This document shows positions 36,259 to 44,759 of a stretch of 64,000 nucleotides of DNA, one piece after another; position 1 is the first letter of the stretch, and each line of letters opens with the position of its first letter. The stretch covers positions 26,982 to 90,981 of the forward strand of contig CAYGWK010000001.1 of NCBI GenBank assembly GCA_964353785.1, given 5' to 3'. This stretch comes from an uncultured Gammaproteobacteria bacterium (GTDB lineage Bacteria > Patescibacteriota > Microgenomatia > CAYGWK01). The notes under the pieces were generated by a model. It worked only from the letters and a program-made list of their open reading frames with translations, made no database searches and had not been told where the DNA came from. Position numbers and translations under genes: made by a program.

Positions 36259-37313
36259 GTGCTTATCAGGAAAGCCAAATAAACCCAGTGAACTACTCCA
36301 ATTGGTTGGAAAAAAGAAAAAATCAAAAAACCAACCAAAGAAGAAAGAAGCCAACTTTTATCCCTGATTAATTTTTTAAAAGTTCCCCAAAACCAAACAG
36401 AGAAAATAATCAGTCCAATTAAGCCCGAGAATAAAGAAATATCAAGAAAGAGATTGTGGGAACGATCGACAACCACGCTTTCAAGAGGTCGATTAATCTG
36501 GCGAAATTGTTTATCATAGGCACTAATTATTCCTTCGGCACCATAGCCAAAGATTGGTTTTTCAAAAGCAGCCTTGATCCCCAAATTCCAGATTAACCAG
36601 CGATTTTCAAAAGGGGAGATGTTTTTCTCTTGCCAGACCCCAAAAATTCCCAAAGAAAGAATTATAATCAACCCCAAGATTGTCAAAAATTTTTTTCCAG
36701 AAAAATTTCTAGTTTTTAAATATCCATATATTAGTCCTTCGGCAAGCAATGCTCCAAATCCTGCTTTTGAGCCGGTGGCAATAATTGCAAAAATAGGCAA
36801 GAGAATTAAAAAACAGGGAAAAGAGTTAACAAAAATCGGCAATCCCATGACTAGAAAACCCGCCACCGCATTTGGTTCTCCAAAGGTGCCAATTGGTCTT
36901 CCAAAATTTGAAGCGAACCACTGACCTAGAACAATTAAAGATTCAATTAAGATTGCTATACTTATCCACCACCATATTTTTTTCAGATTTTTTGCTCCCT
37001 CTCTGGCGGAAAAAACTATCATCCAGATTCCCAGCATCAAGAAGAAAATTACTCCTTGATGACGATATCCATCGCCAATTAAACCAGGAAGAAACCTATT
37101 GTTTAAAACAGTACTCAAAAAAAGTAATCCAATCCACAAAAACCAAGTTCTGTTTTCAATTTTCCTAAACTCGCCTTTTGCCAAAAACCAAATTATTAAA
37201 AAGAAACTTAAAGCCAAAAAAAGAATAACTTTTGGAAGCTCAAATTTTAAGGGATTTGGCCAAAAAAATAGGGGTAAAAGTACCAGGATAAGTTTTGATA
37301 AAAAAGAAGGCAT
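36237..37313 (-). CDS. O-antigen ligase/polymerase (Wzy_C)-like membrane protein
   Basis: About 10 TM segments; 'IIATGSKAGFGALLAEGLIYGYL' resembles the Wzy_C conserved loop; a periplasmic loop follows. Confidence 0.45.
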   Translation of the reverse strand: MPSFLSKLILVLLPLFFWPNPLKFELPKVILFLALSFFLIIWFLAKGEFRKIENRTWFLWIGLLFLSTVLNNRFLPGLIGDGYRHQGVIFFLMLGIWMIVFSAREGAKNLKKIWWWISIAILIESLIVLGQWFASNFGRPIGTFGEPNAVAGFLVMGLPIFVNSFPCFLILLPIFAIIATGSKAGFGALLAEGLIYGYLKTRNFSGKKFLTILGLIIILSLGIFGVWQEKNISPFENRWLIWNLGIKAAFEKPIFGYGAEGIISAYDKQFRQINRPLESVVVDRSHNLFLDISLFSGLIGLIIFSVWFWGTFKKLIRDKSWLLSSLVGFLIFSFFQPIGVVHWVYLAFLISTYSGTQR

Positions 37314-37358
37314 TATTTGACAACTATATAGTAGCAGATATATTCTTAAGATAAGAAA

Positions 37359-38795
37359 ATGCTTGAGAAAATCAGGCTTAAATTAGAAAAAATTCCCTCT
37401 GAATATCGTCGTTGGTCTGCTTTTGGAGTTTTACTGGCTCTTCTTTTGGCTTTACCAATAACAGTCTGGGGCCTGACTTCTGGCAGATTTGAGGTTGGAA
37501 AAAGAGCGGTCACCAGCGAAGTTACTCCAACTCCAACATTAGGCCCAGGCAAGGTCAGAGTTTATGCTTCTAAAAGCACCCATCCCTTTGGACAACCAGG
37601 AATAATCACTCTTTCTTTGGATAACGATTCTAGAAACCGCATAAATCTTATTCAATTATTTATGACCTTTGATCCGAGAGTAATTAATTTTGGAGGGCCG
37701 GATGTCGAACTATTAATGAGCGGAGAGGCTACAACTAAGGAGGTTTTCTTCATTTCGGGAGAGAAGGCCCAACTGAGACTTATATATCCGGTTAATTATG
37801 ATCTAGGTGGCGGCTCAATCGCCAACATCCATTACATGCCGGTAAATATTGGAGTCACTCAGTTAGTTTTTGAGAATGACCTTAAAACTGGTGCTTTGGA
37901 AAATAAAGTCACCGCTGTAGGAAGTGAGGAAAATTTAATAAAAGAAATTATTGGTGGTTCAGTAACGATTGTTGCAACTCCTTCTCCAACGTCTACGCCG
38001 GTTTGTAAAACAGGCCTCAATTCATTTTCTGTCTATAATTTCTGTCCCGAGGGTTCCAGGAATGCAAGATATGTGTGTTACGATGGTTTCTCGGGAACCC
38101 TGGGCGATCCAACAAGTTGCAAATCATATGATGTTTGGAGAAGATACGCGGAAGAGGCTTGTAAAGGACACAGTTCGTGCCCGACACCGACTCCTCAACT
38201 TGGTTGTCGCCAGCCTTGCAGTTCGGATAAAAATTGTGCTCCTGGATTCAAATGTGGAACGCCCTGTCCATCGGGACAACTCTGCGCTCAATATCTTTTC
38301 TGTTACAATCCCAATTGTCCTTATGATGCAGACTGCACCTGTCCGACGCCAACTCCAACACTGAGACCTTCTCCAACCCTTATACCTTGTGTTCCTGAAG
38401 GCCAAACAATGCCGGTTTATCCTGGATATCAATGTTGTCCTGGTTTAACTGCTATCTCCACCGCCAAACCTGATCAATACGGAAATTGTCCATCGCAGCC
38501 ACCGCTTGGGGCTTCTGTTTGTGCTAAGTGCGGAAATGGAATTTGTGGGTTAGGAGAAAATAAATGTAACTGTCCTAAGGATTGCCTAGCGCTGACTCCA
38601 ATCATAACAATAATCCCAACTCCGACCCCAACACCAACCCCAAGACCGACACCAAGTCCTACACCTGGTCGTTGTCCAGGAATCTGTCTTCCCAGGATAT
38701 TTTGTAGATTAATAGGTGGCACTTGTTATTCTGGTTTTAGATGTACTGGCTGGAGAGGGATTTCTCCATGTTGCTGCTTAAGGCCAAAAAGATAA
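37359..38795 (+). CDS. N-terminally anchored extracytoplasmic protein: beta-sandwich-like domain plus an extensive Cys-rich region with PT linkers
   Basis: TM 'AFGVLLALLLALPITVWGL'; about 45 Cys residues in C-x-C/CP patterns; 'PTPTPTPTPRPTPSPTPG'. Confidence 0.5.
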   Translation: MLEKIRLKLEKIPSEYRRWSAFGVLLALLLALPITVWGLTSGRFEVGKRAVTSEVTPTPTLGPGKVRVYASKSTHPFGQPGIITLSLDNDSRNRINLIQLFMTFDPRVINFGGPDVELLMSGEATTKEVFFISGEKAQLRLIYPVNYDLGGGSIANIHYMPVNIGVTQLVFENDLKTGALENKVTAVGSEENLIKEIIGGSVTIVATPSPTSTPVCKTGLNSFSVYNFCPEGSRNARYVCYDGFSGTLGDPTSCKSYDVWRRYAEEACKGHSSCPTPTPQLGCRQPCSSDKNCAPGFKCGTPCPSGQLCAQYLFCYNPNCPYDADCTCPTPTPTLRPSPTLIPCVPEGQTMPVYPGYQCCPGLTAISTAKPDQYGNCPSQPPLGASVCAKCGNGICGLGENKCNCPKDCLALTPIITIIPTPTPTPTPRPTPSPTPGRCPGICLPRIFCRLIGGTCYSGFRCTGWRGISPCCCLRPKR

Positions 38796-38842
38796 TCTTT
38801 TAGAGCCTCAATCATAGTCTCCTTCGTGGTATAATTCTACTG

Positions 38843-41743
38843 ATGGCTGAAGAGAAGAAATTAAATAAGGAGCAACTTGAGGCAGTTAAACATGGTGAAG
38901 GTCCGCTTCTGATTATTGCTGGGGCCGGAACGGGGAAAACGACGGTTATTACCGAGCGAATTAAGTGGTTGGTTTCCTCTGGGAAAGCAAAACCCGCAGA
39001 AATCCTGGCTTTAACTTTCACTGACAAAGCCGCTCGGGAAATGGAAGAACGGGTGGATATTGCCATGCCTTTAGGCTTTATCCAAATGTGGATTTCTACT
39101 TTCCACTCTTTCTGCGACCGAGTTTTGCGAGCCGAAGCCTTACATATTGGTCTTGACCCAAAATATAATCTTTTAACCGAGGCAGAAACTATTCAATTTT
39201 TACGAACCAATCTTTTTAAATTTGACTTAAAATACTTTAGACCCCTAGGAAATCCTAATAAATTTATTGCCGGCATGCTTCAACATTTCTCGCGGCTTAA
39301 AGACGAGGATGTTAGTCCGGAAGAGTACCTTAAATACGCAAATAAACAAATGTCCAATAAACAAATTTCAAATGAGGAGAAGGAGAAGACGCTTGAGTTG
39401 GCGAAAGCATATAAAACTTATGAAGAATTAAAAGTTAAAGAGGGAGTGATGGATTTTGCTGATTTAATCTCCAATACCCTAAAACTTTTTCGGACCAGAA
39501 AAAATGTTTTAAAAGAATATCAAGATAAGTTTGAATATATTTTAGTTGATGAATTTCAAGACACAAATTATGCCCAAAATGAACTAGCCATGCTTTTGGC
39601 GGGCCCGCCTGCCGGCGAGGCAAGCAAGAAAGCAAACTTGACCGTGACCGGAGATGATGACCAGAGTATTTATAGATTTCGGGGGGCAGCCGTCTCAAAT
39701 ATTATTCAATTTCGGCAAAATTATCCCAAGGCAAAAATCGTGGTTTTGACCAAAAATTATCGTTCAACTCAGGAAATTTTAGACCAGGCCTACAATTTAA
39801 TTCAAAACAATAACCCTGACAGACTTGAGGTTAAAGAAAAAATTATAAAAAAACTTGAGGCAGTCCGGAAAATAAAAGGAGGAAAAATTGGTTTTGTCAA
39901 AACCGACCGGGTAGAAAACGAGGCCGAAGCAGTGGCAGAGACAATTAAAAAGCTCCAAGCTTCAAGTTCCAATTTCAAATATTCAGATTTTGCTATTTTG
40001 ATTAGGGCAAATAATCACGCTGATGCTTTTGTCCGGGCGCTTGCCAGGGCGGGAATTCCTTATCAGTTTTTGGGTCCGGGAATGCTTTTTCGCCAGCCAG
40101 AAGTCAAGGATTTAATCGCTTATCTTAAAGTTTTATATAATTTTGAAGATTCAGTGGCCATGTATCGGATTTTGGCCATGGATTTTTTTGAAATTTCTCC
40201 TCGAGATTTGGCGGCCATTTCCAATTTCGGGCGTCGCCAGAACCTTTCCCTTTTCGAAGCTTGTGAGCAGGTCGATAAAGTCTTCGTTTCTCAAAAAACT
40301 CGGGAAACCGTAGAAAAAATAGTTAAAATGATTCATCGCCATTTAGGCTTGATTAAAAAAGAAACCGCCGGCCAGATTCTTTATTATTTTTTAGAAGATA
40401 CCGGACTCCTTCGGAAATTGGCTGAATACAAAACTCCGGTCGAGGAACGCCGGGCCCAAAATATTTCCAAATTTTTTGACAAATTAAAAACTTACGAAGT
40501 TGAACATGAAGACGCCAGCGTGTTTGTGGTTTCTGATTGGATTGACCTTTCTTTGGAACTTGGAGAATCACCTTTGGCGGCAGACATGGATTGGACTGAA
40601 GTTGATGCGGTCAATATTTTGACCGTTCATTCTAGCAAAGGCTTAGAATTTCCGATAGTTTTTTTGGTAAATTTGGTTTCCCAAAGATTTCCGACAATTG
40701 AACGAAGAGAGCAAATTCCAATTCCTGAAGCGTTAATTAAAGAAATCTTACCAGTAGGTGATTATCATCTTGAGGAGGAGCGCCGGCTTTTTTATGTGGG
40801 CATGACTCGAGCCCAAGATTTACTATTTTTGACTGCCGCAGACTTCTATGGCGAAGGAAAAAGAGAAAGAAGGCTTTCCCCATTCGTCTTTGAGACTCTG
40901 GGAGAGGAAGCAATTAAGCGATTGGGGAATTTAGCAATTGAGGAAAAGCAGTTATCTCTCCTGGAGTGGGCAAAACCAGCGGAAACATCCCGAATTATCC
41001 AATCATCTAATTATCCAATTAACTACTTATCTTTTTCCCAAATTGACACTTTTAATACCTGTCCTTTGCAATATCGTTATAAATTCATCCAGCGGATTCC
41101 TGTTCTGCCCGGAGCGGCGGCTAGTTTTGGAGATTCAATTCATAAAACTTTGCGAGATTTTTATCAAAGAGTAAAAAAGGGAGAAAAGTTAACAAAAAAA
41201 GACCTACTTAAAATCTTGGAGATTAACTGGTCATCTCAAGGATACGCCAGCAAAATCCATGAGGAAAAGATGAAAAAGGTTGGGGAGCGGATGCTGTCTG
41301 ATTTTTATGAAAAATTTGATTCAAAAATTGTTCCTCGCGATTTAGAACAATCATTTATTATCAAAGTTAGCCCAAATCTTAAAATTGGGGGAAAAATTGA
41401 CAGGATTGATGAAAAAGAAGGAAAAATTGAGATTATTGACTATAAGACCGGCAAGATTTTAGAGCAAAAAGATATTGATAAATCCTTACAGATGACGGTT
41501 TATGCCTTGGCCGCCACTGATAAAGGGCTTTACGACAAAAAACCAGAAGAGGTAGTCTTAACTTTTTATTTTCTGGAGAATTTAGAAAAGAAATCAACAA
41601 AAAGAACAGTAGAACAGTTAAAACAGGCTAAAAGCCAGCTTCTTGAAAAGGCAAAAGAAATTGAAAAAAGTACCTTTGAACCAACCCCTGGAGTTTGGTG
41701 TGATTTTTGCGACTTCAAACTAATCTGCGAAGCCTGGCAATAA
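38843..41743 (+). CDS. UvrD/PcrA-family helicase fused to a C-terminal PD-(D/E)xK (RecB/AddAB-like) nuclease with a Cys cluster
   Basis: Walker A 'IIAGAGTGKTTVITERI', 'VDEFQDTN', 'LTKNYRST', 'VHSSKGLEFP'; C-terminal 'IIDYKTGK', 'GVWCDFCDFKLIC'. Confidence 0.75.
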   Translation: MAEEKKLNKEQLEAVKHGEGPLLIIAGAGTGKTTVITERIKWLVSSGKAKPAEILALTFTDKAAREMEERVDIAMPLGFIQMWISTFHSFCDRVLRAEALHIGLDPKYNLLTEAETIQFLRTNLFKFDLKYFRPLGNPNKFIAGMLQHFSRLKDEDVSPEEYLKYANKQMSNKQISNEEKEKTLELAKAYKTYEELKVKEGVMDFADLISNTLKLFRTRKNVLKEYQDKFEYILVDEFQDTNYAQNELAMLLAGPPAGEASKKANLTVTGDDDQSIYRFRGAAVSNIIQFRQNYPKAKIVVLTKNYRSTQEILDQAYNLIQNNNPDRLEVKEKIIKKLEAVRKIKGGKIGFVKTDRVENEAEAVAETIKKLQASSSNFKYSDFAILIRANNHADAFVRALARAGIPYQFLGPGMLFRQPEVKDLIAYLKVLYNFEDSVAMYRILAMDFFEISPRDLAAISNFGRRQNLSLFEACEQVDKVFVSQKTRETVEKIVKMIHRHLGLIKKETAGQILYYFLEDTGLLRKLAEYKTPVEERRAQNISKFFDKLKTYEVEHEDASVFVVSDWIDLSLELGESPLAADMDWTEVDAVNILTVHSSKGLEFPIVFLVNLVSQRFPTIERREQIPIPEALIKEILPVGDYHLEEERRLFYVGMTRAQDLLFLTAADFYGEGKRERRLSPFVFETLGEEAIKRLGNLAIEEKQLSLLEWAKPAETSRIIQSSNYPINYLSFSQIDTFNTCPLQYRYKFIQRIPVLPGAAASFGDSIHKTLRDFYQRVKKGEKLTKKDLLKILEINWSSQGYASKIHEEKMKKVGERMLSDFYEKFDSKIVPRDLEQSFIIKVSPNLKIGGKIDRIDEKEGKIEIIDYKTGKILEQKDIDKSLQMTVYALAATDKGLYDKKPEEVVLTFYFLENLEKKSTKRTVEQLKQAKSQLLEKAKEIEKSTFEPTPGVWCDFCDFKLICEAWQ

Positions 41744-42542
41744 TTGGATTATAGAATTTTGTGAAACTTTCTGGATATTCAATTTCTTTCCCTCCAAAAC
41801 TTTTCTTAAAATGAGAAAAACCGAGCCAGGATTTTTGGGGAAATCTTTCGTCATAAATTCCCTCAAAATCAAAAACTTCACAATTTTTTCTTTTTGCTAA
41901 TTTTATTGCTTCCCAGACAACTAAATATGGAGCAGATAATTTTCGTCCTTCGGGAGTTGAGGCGGCGTGGAAATAATAAGCAGTTTTGTCAGAGAATAAG
42001 ATTAGGGCACCAGCGAGAGGATGGCGAGACGTGATACGTGATATGTGATATGTAAGAAAGAGATGAGCGTTTTTACCAAAAGCCTGATAAATACTTCTAA
42101 TTTCTTTGCCAAAAGGAATCCAGAAACCGCGACGAAGGGCATTTTTATGCCAGATTTTAATAAATAATTCGATATCTTCGGATTGTTTGACAATGATTTT
42201 ATTGCGAAGCAACAAACTTTGTTTATTTTTTTCTGCTTTTCTGATTTCATAGCGAGCATCTTTTTTAAATTGAGCAAAAATTTTTTCTTCAGATTGAGTT
42301 AAGTCTACCTGAAGAGTTTTTGTGGGAGAATAATTTATTTGAACAGCAAAGGCATGATATTTTTTAGCAAGACTTTCAAGTTTTTTTGCTGAAATTTTAG
42401 ATGGTAGTCGCTGGATTTTAATAAAATTACCAAGAATTGGAAGATGGCGAATATAAAATCGGAAGTTTTTTTCTTTACCGACAATCCAGTTGATTTTCTC
42501 CATAAAACAGGCAAATTCAGAAGATTGGCGTAAGTCTTGCAT
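41715..42542 (-). CDS. FemAB-family (aminoacyl-tRNA-dependent peptidyltransferase) protein; short, mainly the C-terminal GNAT-like half
   Basis: 'GALILFSDKTAYYFHAASTPEGRKLSAPYLVVWEAIKLAKRKNCEVFDFEG' is the FemAB C-domain signature. Confidence 0.55.
   Translation of the reverse strand: MQDLRQSSEFACFMEKINWIVGKEKNFRFYIRHLPILGNFIKIQRLPSKISAKKLESLAKKYHAFAVQINYSPTKTLQVDLTQSEEKIFAQFKKDARYEIRKAEKNKQSLLLRNKIIVKQSEDIELFIKIWHKNALRRGFWIPFGKEIRSIYQAFGKNAHLFLTYHISRITSRHPLAGALILFSDKTAYYFHAASTPEGRKLSAPYLVVWEAIKLAKRKNCEVFDFEGIYDERFPQKSWLGFSHFKKSFGGKEIEYPESFTKFYNPIIARLRRLV
42026..42052. repeat. GTGATAC/GTGATAT heptamer tract inside the FemAB gene (the same motif as in tsaD at 9039)
   Basis: gagacgtgatacgtgatatgtgatatg; encodes 'TYHISRITSRH'. 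Confidence 0.8.
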
Positions 42543-42749
42543 GTCTTGTGAGTAATTTGGCTCGGTAACGAATTTATTACTTGGATTTAGAGATGGCTGC
42601 CCTGCGGGGCACCAGCTCGCGATTGGGAAATTCCAAAACTCAAGTTGTGTTCTGCGGGATCGCGGCTTGCCACATAAATCCTGCGCAAAAATTGTTACCT
42701 CGCCACCTTATTAAACCTTCGCAAAAGTTATATCCTCACCCTTTTTGTT

Positions 42750-43769
42750 TTATATTGATATTCTTGCTTTTGTTCTTAAAAATATCCAGCGGAATTTGTC
42801 AGCCAGATTGTAGAAAGGATAAAGATAGGGATTTAAAACTAAGTCATAAGTGCCGATAAATTCGATAAGCTCGGGAGAGAATCCAAGCTTAAAGCGGTGG
42901 AAACCAAACCAGGGATCAGATGGCAGAGGATTAGGTCCTGGAGTCCCCCAAAGGTCAAAAATCTTACATTTTTGTCTTTTGCCAAATTGAATTGCTTCCC
43001 ACATCATGGCGTAGGAAGGCATGACCTCTCTATGTTCTCGGGAGGAGCCACCATAAGGGTAATATAAAACTTTATTGAAAACAAAGACAATCCAGGTGAC
43101 TAAAGGCTTTCCTTTATATTTGGCCACCAGGAGATGAGCAATACCTGAAGGATTAAGAATTTCCCACATTTTTCGGTGATACTTGGGAGTATGAGCATAA
43201 AATCCTTGTCTTTTGGTTGTTTCTAAAAGAAGTTTTAAGTGGGTTTCAAACGCCTCTGGAGAATTTTCTTCGGTCACGGTCACCCCATATTTTTGAGCGA
43301 GCCGAAGATTATAGCGAGTTTTGGAATGCATTGCCGTTATAAATTCTTCATTTTTTTTGCTCAAATCAAGCCAGAAAGTATATTTGGGAAAATTGGGCTT
43401 TCCCATCCGACAGTTATTCTCCAAAAGAAATTTTTCAATGTTTTCAAAACCCGAGGCTTTCTGAACTGCCGGCTCCATTTTGACAAAAATGGCATTTTCC
43501 TGCCTTCCAATTTTTGCTAAAGACTGAAGCATTGGTTTGTCAGGAAGCGGGCCTTTGGGAAGGTAAATAATTGAATAAGAAGTGTGGGGAATTGGGTGGA
43601 CGGTTGCTTGATAACCGGAAATTAATTTTTTACCCTCAAAAACTCCAAGTCTTAAGACTTTTTGCCCTAAATTTTCCCGAAACTCTCCCCATTCCCAAGA
43701 TTGGAGAGGATGAAGAGCAAAAGAATTGAAAGCGGATTTTTCTACATCTTGAACTTCACGAATGAGCAT
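42750..43769 (-). CDS. FemAB-family protein (full length)
   Basis: 'HLLVAKYKGKPLVTWIVFVFNKVLYYPYGGSSREHREVMPSYAMMWEAIQFGKRQKCKIFDLWG'. Confidence 0.65.
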   Translation of the reverse strand: MLIREVQDVEKSAFNSFALHPLQSWEWGEFRENLGQKVLRLGVFEGKKLISGYQATVHPIPHTSYSIIYLPKGPLPDKPMLQSLAKIGRQENAIFVKMEPAVQKASGFENIEKFLLENNCRMGKPNFPKYTFWLDLSKKNEEFITAMHSKTRYNLRLAQKYGVTVTEENSPEAFETHLKLLLETTKRQGFYAHTPKYHRKMWEILNPSGIAHLLVAKYKGKPLVTWIVFVFNKVLYYPYGGSSREHREVMPSYAMMWEAIQFGKRQKCKIFDLWGTPGPNPLPSDPWFGFHRFKLGFSPELIEFIGTYDLVLNPYLYPFYNLADKFRWIFLRTKARISI

Positions 43770-43808
43770 ATCTATTCTAATTGTATCACTTAAGATATAA
43801 TATCACTC

Positions 43809-44759
43809 ATGACAAAAAAGAAAATCTTTTTGGCTTTGGGAATTTTGGGGCTAGTAATACTGTTTGCGGCCTCGGCGATTTTTGGATTTTTCTTTTTTTA
43901 TAAACAAAGTTTGTTGCTTCGCAATAAAGGAAAAGAAAGGGTAAATCTTCTCTTTTTGGGCGAATCTGGTCCAGGACACCAAGGAGCAACCTTGACCGAT
44001 ACAATAATTTTTACCTCGGTCTCAAAAAAAGGAACAGTTTTGTTGTCCATTCCCCGGGATATTTGGTACCAACCATTACAGACAAAAATTAATTCTTTAT
44101 ATTTTTATGGAGGTTTAGCTCAAGAGGAAGAGGTGATGGGGGAAATTTTAGGACAAAGAATTGATACAGTGGTGTTAGTTGATTTCGACACCTTTGTTAA
44201 AACAATTGATTTTTTAGGAGGAATAGATGTTTATGTGGAAGGGACATTTGATGATTTTAAATATCCAATTCCTGGAAAAGAGGAGGATTTATGTGGCGGC
44301 GACAAAACTTTTGCTTGCCGATATGAGCATATTCATTTCGAGGCCGGCTTAAAACACTTGGATGGACAAACTGTCTTAAAATTTGTCCGTTCCCGCAATG
44401 CCATAGGTGACGAGGGGACAGATTATGCCAGGTCTCGCCGGCAGCAAAAAGTAATTGCTGCCTTAAAGAGCAAGATTTTTTCACCCTGGTTTTTGTCTAA
44501 GCCGGGAAATATTTTAGGTCTTTGGAAAGTTTTAAACCAGGGACTTAAAACTGATTTTAAAATCGATGATTTAATTCCTTTGGTAAAAATTTTGGCTACT
44601 CCTTCTTCAAGAAAAATGAGTACCTTTGTTTTGGATGGATGGGAGACAGCTGAAGGATATTTATATCATCCTCAAAAACATTCTTCTGGGCAATGGGTTC
44701 TTTTGCCTGTTGGGGAAAGCTGGGAAGGGATTCACAGTTTTGTGGAATCAATCTTGTAA
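43809..44759 (+). CDS. LytR-CpsA-Psr (LCP) family cell-envelope phosphotransferase
   Basis: TM, then 'VNLLFLGESG...TLTDTIIFTSV...LLSIPRDIWY', typical of LCP; TATAAT at 43796-43801, 7 nt before the ATG. Confidence 0.7.
   Translation: MTKKKIFLALGILGLVILFAASAIFGFFFFYKQSLLLRNKGKERVNLLFLGESGPGHQGATLTDTIIFTSVSKKGTVLLSIPRDIWYQPLQTKINSLYFYGGLAQEEEVMGEILGQRIDTVVLVDFDTFVKTIDFLGGIDVYVEGTFDDFKYPIPGKEEDLCGGDKTFACRYEHIHFEAGLKHLDGQTVLKFVRSRNAIGDEGTDYARSRRQQKVIAALKSKIFSPWFLSKPGNILGLWKVLNQGLKTDFKIDDLIPLVKILATPSSRKMSTFVLDGWETAEGYLYHPQKHSSGQWVLLPVGESWEGIHSFVESIL

Noticed and set aside
42543-42749. Definitive T-box riboswitch call upstream of the FemAB gene
   Set aside because: Only a loose match to the T-box core, and no clear specifier-loop or antiterminator architecture could be built by hand. 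Kept as a low-confidence finding instead of a feature
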